DNA of 64,000 nucleotides from Octopus bimaculoides (taxonomy: Eukaryota). The notes below the pieces were generated by a model. It was given only the letters and a program-made list of their open reading frames with translations. It did not search any database and was not told the DNA's origin. The position numbers and the translations under genes are program-made. This document shows positions 50,965 through 63,714 of this stretch, piece after piece. The first letter of the stretch is position 1. Each line of letters begins with the position of its first letter. Location of the stretch: NCBI RefSeq assembly GCF_001194135.2, contig NC_069000.1, positions 44,126,810 through 44,190,809 on the forward strand. The letters run 5' to 3'.

Positions 50965-51110
50965 TTTCATCATCATCATCATCCCGGTGCCATACTTGCA
51001 TGTATTGGATGGTTTGACAGATTCAGATGGGCCCAAGGACTACATCAGGCTCCAGTGTATACTTTCTCATGGTTTCTATGACTGGATGCCCTTCCTAATG
51101 CCAAGTACAA
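50965..51110 (-). mobile_element. SINE family C
   Basis: (CAT)n...CAGGCTCCAGTGT...GGTTTCTATGACTGGATGCCCTTCCTAATGCC. Confidence 0.75.
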
Positions 51111-51633
51111 CAGTGTGCGCACATGTGTGTGTGCATATACACACACACACACACGCGAATTTTCTGTAAGAAAGCATTAATGATGAAACCCTGAAAGGGA
51201 TGAAAGTACAAAATAGTTTTTATCCAGATTTTGCCCCCCCCCCTTTTTTTTTTTAATATACGTATATATATATATTAATTGCATTCTCTGCTGATCGATT
51301 CCTTAGATTCTCTTGTAGCTCAGCAGTAATACTCATTCTTTAACTACATTTAGAGAGAACCAAGAGCTAAAATAAATGGTCTTATGTGGGTAGATTTGAC
51401 AATCTCAAATTAATATTATAGAACAGGTACAAAAAGAAAAAAAAAAAGGTATCTGTCATGATAGAAAATAGAGATTCTAATCCATAAAATATTAGGGGAC
51501 TGGTCAGAAATAAAGACGGTGGAAAAATATTGTGTATGTACATATAAATTTTGTGTCTAAATTAATTACCACACGCATATAGATATATATATTGATATAT
51601 ATGAGTGGAAATTGAACTGGTGTGTTATACACA

Positions 51634-51679
<46 letters not shown>

Positions 51680-52926
51680 ATATATAAAAATATAAATAAT
51701 TATGTACATAACTGGAGATGTGTGTGTGTGTATAATGTTTGTTGTAATNNNNNNNNNNTAACCTAAATACCTTCTGGGAAGAGCCATATATTTTTGAAGT
51801 ATTTTTTTCAGTTTTGTTAACTCCATTTGGTGTAAGCTAAATCTTAAAGCACTTGAGACACTGCATGTAGCCTTAAGCAACTTATTTTTACTATTAGCAT
51901 ATTATTTTAATATAAAATGTACATGAATGCAACACATGTGCGCATATATATATATATATATATACACACATTTATATATATATATTATATTATATATATA
52001 TATATATATATACATACACACACATACATACATATATATATATATATAAAAACGTTGGTCAAGTTAGATTGAGTTTTGACTGTGGGTACACAGGGTCTTC
52101 AAGTAAATTGAAACTGAAGAATATGAAGGAATATACACATGCACACACACATTGTGTGTATGTGGGAGGTTCTGTTGTAGGGTACGATGGTGGAGAGGGA
52201 AAAAATATGAAGAGAAACAAAATGGAAAGGGAAAAACAGGGAAGAAGAGGGAGGGGTGAGTGTGTGTGTATATATATATAATTTAATACATATATAAAGC
52301 ATCATTTAATGTCATATATTATGTATGTGTGTGTAATAATGTACTCTAACTGATATATACCTATATACATAATTTATGTATATATATTTTGCCCTATACA
52401 TACACGCTTGCTTGCAAATTTCTTCCCAACATGGCTCTATCTGAGCTCAAAAAAAAAGCTAGACATTTGAATAAAATATATTTATTTATTCCAAGACAAT
52501 GATTCATTCTACGATTGATACTCAAGGTTTTCCTTCAATATACGTGATTCCATGGAATATTCAGCTAAAAATTCTTGAGGACATTAACAAAGGATGAGGG
52601 TTTCAAATGAGCACAGATTGCTTTCAGAATAAAAATTGGAGGAAAAAAAAATGTTTTTTTTTTAAAAACCTCGATAGCTGCATGATGGTATGGATTTAAA
52701 ATGAAGACAAAACCAATAATAAAAATGAATTTTGTTTTTTTTCAAGTATATTTTTAATATAAGGCTTACAATAGTGAAATGGAAAGAGAAAGAATGAAAA
52801 GAAAATTTATGAAAAATTTGCAAAGGTTAGCAACAACCTGGTTTAGCAAATTGGGACAAATGAGAAGGAAAACCCAATGGAAAATCTTAAATCGGTCTTT
52901 CTTCCAAGAACAAATCTACAAGATTG

Positions 52927-52972
<46 letters not shown>

Positions 52973-53195
52973 CACACACATATCTACACATTCACACACA
53001 CACACACATGCATGCATGTGTGTGTGCATAAATATATATATGTATGGATATATAAATATATGTAAAATATATATTATGTATGGATGGAATTATGTATGTA
53101 TATATTCAAATGTTGTAAATGAACAAGGAAGATAGTATTCAATATAGAAATGTAGACTATTAAGTTTATTGGTTATTCGAACTTGGTTCTTTGTC

Positions 53196-53277
53196 TTGTG
53201 ACTCGAGTTTCACGCCATTGTGATCTTTGGGTGGATTCTTACCTGAAGATTATAATGGCACAAAACTCAAATCACAA
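53196..53277. repeat. Palindromic (fold-back) mini-element
   Basis: 37-bp arms, 8-nt spacer, 28/37 identical, all 9 differences are transitions. Confidence 0.85.
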
Positions 53278-53443
53278 AAGAATATATATATATATATATA
53301 TATACTATAAAAAAAAGAAGAAATATATACATATAAGATTTTCATATTTTTACATATGCTTTCCATGCTGGCATGGGTTGGACGAGTCATCACAGTCAAC
53401 TCACCTCCCATTAGGGGCTATTTTTCCCAAAGATTATACATAC

Positions 53444-53493
<50 letters not shown>

Positions 53494-55169
53494 NNNNNNN
53501 NNNNNNNNNNNNNNNNNNNNNNNNNNNNNNNNNNNNNNNNNNNNNNNNNNNNNNNNNNNNNNNNNNNNNNNNNNNNNNNNNNNNNNNNNNNNNNNNNNNN
53601 NNNNNNNNNNNNNNNNNNNNNNNNNNNNNNNNNNNNNNNNNNNNNNNNNNNNNNNNNNNNNNNNNNNNNNNNNNNNNNNNNNNNNNNNNNNNNNNNNNNN
53701 NNNNNNNNNNNNNNNNAAAACTGTACCGATTGCGATCACTATTTCCTGCCCCCACCCACCACTCCCCATCCCAGACATGGCGTATCTAGGATTACTTGAT
53801 AATCCGATGTGTACATCCTTCTAGAAGACGTCAGCGCGTGATTTGAAGGCAACTCAGCTATTATTTCTAGCAAACCTAGTGGCCCGTGTATCGACTTCCT
53901 TTGGCATTGCTCTCAGTTACAACTGTTACGTATGTCTATAGGTGAAAGAAACATTATACATACATTAGTAAACAAACACACCTACATACACACACACACT
54001 TGTTGCTTTAACTATGTTATATGTAGGCGATGTACATTGCAGGCATACACGCACGAATTTGGCAGTGGAATGTTCTTTAGCCCAAGGTCGGTGCTAACAA
54101 GACCTGCCCATGATCAAAAGCATTCCATCAGGTTTCAGACAGTCAACACCCCGACACCTCACCAAAACTATCACGTATTATTTATTTACATAATTTTAAA
54201 AAAATCTTTTATCATAGAAAAAGGCGGCAAGGTGCTTTTTGAGGTAGAATTGGTAACTATTTCCAACAAATCTACATCCACAAAACCAAAATCGTACACA
54301 CACACACACACATATATATACACACACACACACGCGCGTGTGCATATATTACCAAGTACTGGACTACGTATGTATACATAAATGTACACAAATACACACA
54401 CACACATACATGCATACATACATACATATACCCATTCGAAAGCACATTATCTGAGTGTATATATACACGCGTTTGTGTATACACACATCTCCAAATAAAT
54501 AAATAAACAGTTTTCTATAAATACCACAGAATGTTTCAATTGTATAAACACAAAAATAATTTTAAAAAAAAGCAATTATATTAAATTTTTTAAACATGTC
54601 TCTAATTTCGGAGAAATAATAATAATAATAAAAGAATTGAAATTACCAATTTCGTTAATTCCTTTGGATATAATTAAATAAACTGTTTAGTTTTATTAAT
54701 CAATTTAATTTGTGTCTCGTGTGTTTTAAAGAGTGTCGAATTTAAGGTGTTTATATATATATATATGTACACCGATATATACATACATACATATTAATTT
54801 CCGTTGATTCATTGAGAAGCGATAAATTACAGGACGCAGCGCGTAAAGGTGCGTATATACAGACGTAATATATACACCCATCTGTCTACCTATGGATGTA
54901 TGTATATATAATATACACGATTACATATGTGTGTGTGTTAGTAGGTAGGAAGTTACAAAAGTGACTAGAGGGCCGAGAGTTTCGTGCATAGTACTTTACA
55001 CATACACACAGATATATATATATAAATCCATGCTTATATATATATAGAGAGTGAGAGAGAAAGAGACAGAGACAGAGACAGACAGACAGAAAGATAGAGG
55101 ATGACATGGACGTGGAGAGAAACAACGAGGTGGACATCGGAGCAGAAGAACCAACGACGGAGCGAACCC

Positions 55170-55370
55170 TCTCTCTGCAAGGTCGGTGGGTCGATCGGCC
55201 TGCTAGAAACCGCAGCTAAATCACCCTTGAATCAAGCAACACCGTCCGAAACAACGACGGACACACTGAGTTATGTAGTCCTAGGGATCTCACGCCTTTC
55301 CCCCCACCCCCTCAAATAAATACAAGACGGGATGGTCATGGTTGCAACGCATTTGATCAGGATTATTCCT
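55170..55370 (+). mobile_element. SINE family D copy
   Basis: GCTAGAAACCGCAGCTAAATCACCCTTGAATCA...TTATGTAGTCCTAG...GACGGGATGGTCATGG, shared with 63290-63360 and the reverse copy near 53830-53890. Confidence 0.6.
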
Positions 55371-55949
55371 TCATATAACACACCTATCTGTACGTGCATA
55401 GCATATACACACATACGTACATATATTTATATATATATATGTATACATACATGTAAAGTACGTACATATGTATACACACACATGTACAGACGTGTGTGGG
55501 GGGTAAAACCCTGTAGTTATGCCTATATATTCACACGCATCTGTGCATATACACATACCTATGTATATAAACACATGCAGACATGTACCTAGGTGTATAG
55601 AAACATACGTACGTATGTATGTATACATGTACATATACACGCGCATATTTATACGGAATCGATATTAGATATTACTAACCTGAATGCTGACAACGGCTAG
55701 GAGCCACAATCCAACAAAACCGACAGGCTTCATTATGAAACAATCCTCCTTTCTTATGGTACAACACAGAGAAAGAGATACACGGTGTGTATTCAATGGT
55801 CGCCGTTTAAAGATGAGAGAAACTAAGATGTCGCTCCTCTGACGTCATCGGTTGGTTGCAATGGTGGTGGGAGTAGGGTGGATGGTAGCGGTGAGAGGAG
55901 GTGCGAGTGAGGTGGTGGACTGATGTGTTGGTTGGTTCGTTGGTGGGTT

Positions 55950-57330
55950 GAGTAGGAGTAGAATAGTAAGGTTAATAGTGAGAGTGTGAGAGTGAGAGTG
56001 AGAGTGAGAGAAAGGGAATGATAGTGAGTGGGAGAAGGTATGATTGGGGAGTATAGAAGAGAGAAAGACAAATGCAGAAAGAGAAAGAGAGGAATGCAGA
56101 CGAGAAAAAGAGAAATAGAGGGAGAAGGTTTGATTGAGAGTGAAAGAGAAAGGAAGAGAAAATTAGAGAAGTAAAGAAAGAGAAGTGGGAGTAAGGAGAG
56201 AGAAAGGAGAGTGTGAAAGTGAGTACAAAGGAGAGACGATGACCAAAACACAGAGGGAAAGAGAGAGAGAGAGAGAGAAATACTGAAATGTACGACTGAA
56301 AAAGAGAGGAGTAGGAAGAGAAGAAAAAGATAATGTGAAAATATTGAGAGAGTAGGAGGAAGAAATGCTGAAAGAAACAACTAAGGTTGATAGAGAGAGG
56401 AAAATAGATAGGTTTATAGACACATGGATAAATAGATAGATAATAGGGGACAAGAAAGAAGAGGAGACAGCGGTCAAGCGAGAAAGTGAGAGATAAGAAG
56501 AGAGTAAGGGGTGGGGGACATGGAATACTTTTATTCTTTTTCAGCGGACAGAAATGAATGAAAATGCAGTGGGAAAGTGCGATAGAAGAAGAAGAAGAAG
56601 AAGAAGAAGAAGAGTGGGAAATAGCAAAAGAAAGAGGGACAGTGAAAAAAAATTGAATGAATGAGAGAGAGGGTGGAAGAGAAGGAGAAAGAGTAAGAAA
56701 ACTGCAGCAGACGGCGAAAAGAGGAAGACGAAGACAAAATGGCAGCAGAAGCAGACGACAGAGGAAGGGGAAGGGATAAAGTGAAGGATAGAAAAATATG
56801 AGGTGGGAGGAGTGTGAAAGAGAGAAGAAAAAGAAAGAGAAATGAGCATTTATTGAGAAGAATTTTAGCGGAGAAAGAGAAAGAAGTAGTGTAAGAGGTG
56901 GAGGAAAAGGAGCGAGGATAAAAGAAAGACACTTGATAATGAGAGAGTGGAGGAAGACATGTAGAGGATGCTAAAGAATTGATGCAGACGATAAAAAAGA
57001 GAGATGGTCAAAAAGATGCGGGAGGCGGGGTAGAAGGAAAAGAGAGGAAAGGGTGATGTAGTAAGACAGAGGGGAGTAAAGAAGGGAGAGGCAAAAAAGG
57101 TGAGAAACAGAGACGGATAAACGGAAAGAGAGAGGGAAAGAGAGTAAGCATGTAAATAAAAAAGAAGGGGAGGAAGCAACTATCGGTCTGAAACGCTAAA
57201 TAAATGACGGAGAAGGAGGCGTAGTAGGAGGAGAAGGACTTATCAGAGATGAATGGTGAGTAGGAGGAGGAGGAGGAGGTTGAGTTGAAGAGAAACATAA
57301 GAACAGCTCATTAACATAGAGGAGCAGCAA
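55950..57330. repeat. Polypurine (GA-rich) low-complexity tract, about 1.4 kb
   Basis: The plus strand is strongly A/G-biased and includes (GAA)n and (GAGAGT)n. Confidence 0.9.
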
Positions 57331-58116
57331 TGAAGAAGCGAAAGATAATTATTATAACATATATATATATATATATATANNNNNNNNNNNNNNNNNNNNN
57401 NNNNNNNNNNNNNNNNNNNNNNNNNNNNNNNNNNNNNNNNNNNNNNNNNNNNNNNNNNNNNNNNNNNNNNNNNNNNNNNNNNNNNNNNNNNNNNNNNNNN
57501 NNNNNNNNNNNNNNNNNNNNNNNNNNNNNNNNNNNNNNNNNNNNNNNNNNNNNNNNNNNNNNNNNNNNNNNNNNNNNNNNNNNNNNNNNNNNNNNNNNNN
57601 NNNNNNNNNNNNNNNNNNNNNNNNNNNNNNNNNNNNNNNNNNNNNNNNNNNNNNNNNNNNNNNNNNNNNNNNNNNNNNNNNNNNNNNNNNNNNNNNNNNN
57701 NNNNNNNNNNNNNNNNNNNNNNNNNNNNNNNNNNNNNNNNNNNNNNNNNNNNNNNNNNNNNNNNNNNNNNNNNNNNNNNNNNNNNNNNNNNNNNNNNNNN
57801 NNNNNNNNNNNNNNNNNNNNNNNNNNNNNNNNNNNNNNNNNNNNNNNNNNNNNNNNNNNNNNNNNNNNNNNNNNNNNNNNNNNNNNNNNNNNNNNNNNNN
57901 NNNNNNNNNNNNNNNNNNNNNNNNNNNNNNNNNNNNNNNNNNNNNNNNNNNNNNNNNNNNNNNNNNNNNNNNNNNNNNNNNNNNNNNNNNNNNNNNNNNN
58001 NNNNNNNNNNNNNNNNNNNNNNNNNNNNNNNNNNNNNNNNNNNNNNNNNNNNNNNNNNNNNNNNNNNNNNNNNNNNNNNNNNNNNNNNNNNNNNNNNNGG
58101 GGGGAAAGAAGCTACA

Positions 58117-58460
58117 GCTGCTGCTGTTGCTTCTACTACTACTACTTCTACTACTACTACTACTAACGATACTACTACTACTATTACTACTACTACTGCT
58201 GCTGCTGCTACTACTACTATTACTTCTACTACTAGTAGTAACGCTACTACTACTACCACGACTACTACCACGACTACTACCACTACTACTACTGCTGCTG
58301 CTGCTGCTATATCCATCACAACTACTGTTATATACTATCACCACCACCACCACCACCATCACTACTACAACTGCTGCTGCTGTTGTTGTTGCTGTTTCAA
58401 CTACTACCAATACTATGTACTACTACTGCTGCTGCTACTGCTTCTGCTGCTGCTGCTAAT
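58117..58460. repeat. Compound (CTA)/(CTG)/(CCA) trinucleotide array
   Basis: Direct reading. Confidence 0.9.
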
Positions 58461-58519
58461 AGTGGTATTAGTAGACCTAGTATAGCAGTTTGATGATCCT
58501 GTTAAGAGTGTAATCTAGT

Positions 58520-58572
58520 TTTCCTTTCTTCCTTTCTTCCTTTCTTCCTTTCTTCCTTTCTTCCTTTCTCCC
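58520..58572. repeat. (CCTTTCTT)n octamer repeat
   Basis: About 5-6 tandem copies. Confidence 0.9.
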
Positions 58573-59114
58573 TTCCTAACATTTGACCCCCACCCCCAAC
58601 CCCAACCTTATCTCATATTTCTTTAAACAATAATTTTTAGAAGGGGGAAGAGCCAAGGAGTGAGAACTAGTTGCACCACGACCCTGACTTTACAGGGGAG
58701 AGTGATACAAGACGGGGGGGGGGTTTACAGAGCAAAATAATCTGGTGTCTCCTAGCTCCCTTAAAACACACCCTCTCTCTTTGTTAGCTCTGCCCTTTCT
58801 CGCTCATTTTCCCCCCTCTCTCCCCCCTCTCTCCCCNNNNNNNNNNNNNNNNNNNNNNNNNNNNNNNNNNNNNNNNNNNNNNNNNNNNNNNNNNNNNNNN
58901 NNNNNNNNNNNNNNNNNNNNNNNNNNNNNNNNNNNNNNNNNNNNNNNNNNNNNNNNNNNNNNNNNNNNNNNNNNNNNNNNNNNNNNNNNNNNNNNNNNNN
59001 NNNNNNNNNNNNNNNNNNNNNNNNNNNNNNNNNNNNNNNNNNNNNNNNNNNNNNNNNNNNNNNNNNNNNNNNNNNNNNNNNNNNNNNNNNNNNATATATA
59101 TATATATATATGCA

Positions 59115-59210
59115 TCTGGTGCGGCCATCTGGTTCGCCAGTCCTCAGTCAAATCGTCCAACCCATGCTAGCATGGAAAGCAGACATTAAACAATGATGAT
59201 GATGATGATA
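59115..59210 (+). mobile_element. SINE family C 3' end
   Basis: GCCAGTCCTCAGTCAAATCGTCCAACCCATGCTAGCATGGAAAGCAGACATTAAAC then (ATG)n. Confidence 0.85.
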
Positions 59211-59559
59211 TGTATATATATATATATATATACCTTTTTCTCTCTCTCTCTCTCTCTCTCATCCATTTAGTTTCTCTTGGTGGTGATGGTCCTTGATATA
59301 CGTATTTTATCCAACACTTGATTAAATCTTTTGTCCACCCTACTGTACTGTATGGTTGGCCATCGTTTGCGAGGGAATATGGAGTGGAAAAATGAACCAT
59401 ACTTCCGCTAATCGTTTTTAAGTTTTTATGTGGTGTCCGAGGTAGATATAGACAACCCTCTTGACTCTGTAACACACTGAACCCAGAGGAACAACAAAGA
59501 TGTAATGGCTGAAGAGAGAGAGAGATGCAGCTGCACTCAACTGGTATTTGTTTTCAGTT

Positions 59560-60365
59560 GAGTAGAAGATATGGTGCTGCATAGCTCATCAGGTGATTTG
59601 CAGCCACACAGAATGATCCCACTGTCAAATGCAACAAGGCATGGATGAGCAATAATGTTGCGAAAACCGAGACATTGGTCTTCACAAGGATGTCTTCCTG
59701 GTGTGCTCCACATCTTAGTGGAACATCATTGAGACATGTAGACAAGTTTAAGCATCTCAGAGCCATTTTCATGAGTGATGGCAAGCAGCAAACTGAACTG
59801 GCTGCTAGAATTGCAGGTGAGGGCACCGTAATGTACCAACTTTAGCATTTGATCCTCAGAAGAGGAGAGGGTGGTGAAAAAAACCCAAACTTGTTATTTC
59901 TAATTTGGTTTTGGTGCCTATCCTCACCTCTGCTCTTGAATGTTGGGTAATGAATGAAAGAACAGGGTTGTGAATACGAGCAACCAAAATGGGGTTCTTC
60001 CAAAGGATCTCTGGGGTAACAATACTCGACAGAGTGTGTTGCTTGGAGATCCGGGAGCCTCTCCAAGTCGAGATGTTACCCTTCTGCATTGAGAGGTCAT
60101 AGCTCTGGTGCTATGGACATGTGATTAGAATGTTGCAGGAAAGAATTGCAAGACAGATTCTTCAAGCTATAAGCAATCCAGCAGGAATAAAATAAGAATG
60201 ACTCGGAATAGAATAAGAATGAGTTGGATAATATCCATAGCTTCTGTTGATCACACTTGGGAATCCAGCCAGAAAGTGTGAAGACGGTTGCTATGGAGAA
60301 GGTGCCTAATGACTCTACTCCAACAACCTGTACAGGAATAGTTGACAGAGAAAATGAGTGGATGG
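59560..60365 (+). mobile_element. RTE-clade (Rex3/Expander-like) LINE, 5'-truncated and decayed
   Basis: Broken frames give EDMVL (decayed ADDLVL), KTETLVFTR, LRHVDKFKHL..F.SDGK, PILTSALECWVM, KMGFFQRISGVTILDRV, IERS*LWCYGHVIRM and SHLGIQP; ends GAAAATGAGTGGATGG. Confidence 0.85.
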
Positions 60366-60519
60366 TTGGAAGTGGGGGGGGGGAGATGAACTGCTGCTCT
60401 GCATTGTGTTCAATGATAAAATCGTTTTACCAACTCGGAGTCTTTATAATGGTAATAACCAACAGGAAATCACCCAGAGAGCACTTTTTTTCTGCTAGTA
60501 ATACTATTGATCTTTTCTA

Positions 60520-60690
60520 CAATAGGCACAAGACCAGAAATTTTAGGGGAAGGGGTTAGTCGGTTACCTCGACCCCAGCACTCAGCTGGGACTTATTTTA
60601 TCCAACCTGAAAAAATGAAGGGCAGGATTTGAACACAGAACATAAGGATGGATGAAAAGTTGCTAAGCATTTTACCTGACATGCTAACAA
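60520..60690 (-). mobile_element. SINE family B
   Basis: AATAGGCACAAGACCAGAAATTTTAGGGG...CTCGACCCCAGCACTCAGCTGG...GATTTGAACACAGAAC. Confidence 0.8.
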
Positions 60691-60999
60691 TTATGTCAGT
60701 TTACAAACTTAAAAGTAAAGCCCCCATGTCATTTTTATCTTACAATTCTTTATGTCTTTACCGTCCCAAACTAACACCTGGTCCCTCTCCTATAATCAAG
60801 TACCAAACACCCAAACAATTTAATCACGCACCCTCACTATGTCATGCACTGCTCATAATAATAATACTACTAATAATAATAATGATAAGAATAATGATAA
60901 TAATAATAACCGTTTCTGTTATAGACACGAGGCCTGAAATTTTGGAGGAGAGATTAAGTCAGTTACAATTAACAAAGAGACTAAACCAACAATGTACTT

Positions 61000-61330
61000 C
61001 CCCAATTGGGGGAGGGAGTTCCACTGAGAGGTGACCAAAGAAACCTCACACATTTTGGACCCCTAACACCAAAGGCACCTCAGGTAGGCACCCTTCTCTC
61101 CCCCATTCCATCTGGCCTACAGGTGCCCACTTAGAGTAGGCCCATTCACATGGGCCATTCTTGCCACATTCACCCATCTTTCCACAAACTTACTGGGTGA
61201 CAGCCCCTCCCTCTCCAGCCTCACTTTCTTTCTCAGGTGGAACCTGAATAAGTCAATGGGGCTTTGGCCAAAGAGGAAGGTACCCGTCTTCAACCCTTTC
61301 AGTCACATCCACCACGCAACCTCTTTTGCC
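61000..61330 (-). mobile_element. L1/Tx1-like LINE ORF2 C-terminus and 3' UTR
   Basis: Minus frame: AKEVAWWM*LKGLKTGTFLFGQSPIDLFRFHLRKKVRLEREGLSPSKFVERWVNVARMAHVNGPTLSGHL*, stop at 61117-61119. Confidence 0.7.
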
Positions 61331-61344
61331 ATAATAACAATAAT

Positions 61345-61643
61345 GAGAATAAAAACCGGAGAATTAAGATCGCCAAGAAGTGGCAGCTGCGAGAGTCAAC
61401 CATAAAAGTTGTCTCTGTTGTCATCAGAGCAATGGGTTCGATTCCACCCAGCCTGAAGAAACATCTGGAAACATTAGAAATACCCGACAATCTAGGTGTA
61501 TTGCAAAAATCACCATTACTTGGAACTGCACGCATATTGCGTAAAATACTGTCTGAGGTCCTTGGTGTGACTTGACAGACAGTACAAACCCCAGGTAGAC
61601 ACAATATCTTCAATCAACGATATCACGATATTGTGCAATGTCT
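61345..61643 (+). mobile_element. R4/Dong-like non-LTR retrotransposon 3' fragment (end of the RLE domain)
   Basis: IKIAKKWQLRESTIKVVSVVIRAMGSIPPSLKKHLETLEIPDNLGVLQKSPLLGTARILRKIL matches the V.PVV.GALG...LQK..LLGTARILRK.L C-terminus; flanked by (TAA)n-like tracts. Confidence 0.8.
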
Positions 61644-61696
61644 TAAATAATAATAATAAATAATAACAATGTGTTTATTGTTTTATCATTTTTTTT

Positions 61697-61728
<32 letters not shown>

Positions 61729-62384
61729 CATTTTCCAATTTTCCATTTTCTCACCTTCTCTTCTCTGGTTCTTAAGTACTTTTTATCTCTCTTAACTTCT
61801 CTTAATTTACCATAACTTCCTCCGATTTATTCAGTTGTGATATTTCATCCCCCCCCCTCCTTTACTTTCCTGACCTCTCCTGCTAACAGCGTCACCTTCT
61901 CTTTCTATACTATAAATAATAACAATAACGAAGCTATGTGTTAACTTCACAGGTGAATAGTTAGCACCAAGAAGGTTTATAATTTGGTTATAAACATGAA
62001 ATAACTTCCTTCACCAAATAAACTATGTTTGGTATGCGATCAAGCATAAGAAAACCGATTAAAATAAGTGTAAAAAAGAAAAGAAAAGTAAAAGAAGAGA
62101 AAAAGAAAGGAAGGAGCAATCAAATGTGAATAAGTTCTCTGGGTTTGTCATATTGGTTGGATGAGAGATAAACCTCACCCTGGATAGGTAGCTAGTCTGT
62201 CACAAATAACATTCCTCAAATATTTTGCATTCATTCTTGGTAAACTCGGAAGTAATACTTAGCCAACTGAACGCATACACATGCATATGCACATGCACAT
62301 ACATGTGCATACACACACATTCATGTACACACACACATGCACACACTCACAAAAACACAGACACACATATATATATCCTTTCTC

Positions 62385-62585
62385 TTATAGGCACAAAGTC
62401 TGAAATTTTGGGGAAAGGGGCCAGTCAATTAGATCGACCTCAGTACGCAACTGGTACTTAATTTATCAACCACGAAAGAATGAAAGTCAAAGTCAACCTC
62501 AGTGGAATTTGAAATTAGAACGTACAGACAGACAAAATACCACTAAGAATTTCACCCAGCATGCTAATGATTCTGCCAGGTCACC
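62385..62585 (-). mobile_element. SINE family B
   Basis: TATAGGCACAAAGTCTGAAATTTTGGGG...AGAATGAAAGTCAAAGTCAACCTCAGTGGAATTTGAA...GATTCTGCCAG. Confidence 0.85.
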
Positions 62586-62655
62586 TTATTTATATGTGTG
62601 TGTGTGTGTTTGTGTGTGTATGTATGTATATATATATATATATATNNNNNNNNNN

Positions 62656-62697
<42 letters not shown>

Positions 62698-62699
62698 TA

Positions 62700-62925
62700 C
62701 ATATGTGTGTGTCTTTCTGTCTATGTTTGTCTGTACCTCTAACACTTCACAACCAGTGCTGGTGTATTTATGTCCCTGTAACTTAGTTGTTTGGCAAAAG
62801 AGACTGATAGAATAAGTACCTGACTTTACAAAATAAAATAATAAATTCTGAATTTGATTAACATCACCTAAGGCTGTGCCCCAGTATGGCCACAGGCTAA
62901 TGAGTGAAACAAGTAAAAGATAAAG
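62700..62925 (+). mobile_element. SINE family A 3' half
   Basis: GGCAAAAGAGACTGATAGAATAAGTACC...GCCCCAGTATGGCCACAGGCTAATGAGTGAAACAAGTAAAAGATAAAAGATA. Confidence 0.85.
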
Positions 62926-63199
62926 ATAGACTATGGCTGAGAGATGATAGCTTACTTGAAGCAGCTGCCCTGAGTTTCTGCCTCAAGACAGGTCTGGAAC
63001 CTGGCACAACTGCACAAAAATGGTTTTTACAATTCAAAGAGAGGAAATTCAACCTCACTGACTCTCTATGTTCCAGACGATTTCTTGAGTTCAATAAGGA
63101 CGATTGAACAAGATCATCAATGAGGATCTGTGCCAAGCAGTGGGACTGAACCTGGTATTATGAGGTTGGGAAACAAGCTTTTTACCACACGGCCACATC

Positions 63200-63640
63200 A
63201 GGTGTTTACTCATTAGTCTGCTGGATCAAGGTTGATCTGGGGTTAAAGAATAAATAACTGTCAACAACAGAAAGAGGAAAGAAGGAGACATTATGTTATG
63301 TAGCCCAAGATACACTATGCCTGAAAAATATGGGTTGGTCATGGCTGAAGCGTCTTTGATCAATAGCACTGCTTGATCAGGGCTGACTCAGATCTAAACA
63401 ACAACAATAATAAGAAGGAAGGGCACATTAGACAATGTAGGCTAAGATAGACTTGGCCTACATAAAGCTGACCTGGTGCTAAAGAGCTGAAGATCAACAG
63501 GAAGGAAGGGCGCATGGGATAATGTTGACCTAGATACACTTGGATACACTTTGATTGTGAAGTCTGTTTGAAGAAAACTAACAAGAAGAAGAAAAAGGAG
63601 AAGAACAAGCACAACAACAACAACTAGTTTAGAGCAAATC
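63200..63640 (+). mobile_element. Cluster of 2-3 partial SINE family D copies with (CAA)n tails
   Basis: GATCAGGGCTGAC..GG..CTAAA recurs at about 63226, 63376 and 63464; CTAGATACACT-type motif at about 63307 and 63530. Confidence 0.6.
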
Positions 63641-63714
63641 TAAATGGGACAGACAGGTGGGTTATCAAGCAAACTAAGAGAATATCATGTTTTATCCAAT
63701 TTCTACACCACTTC

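Noticed and set aside
59325-59450. Second LINE RT remnant (HLIKSFVHPTVLYG)
   Set aside because: Only one short motif resembles RTE/L2 proteins; not enough to call.
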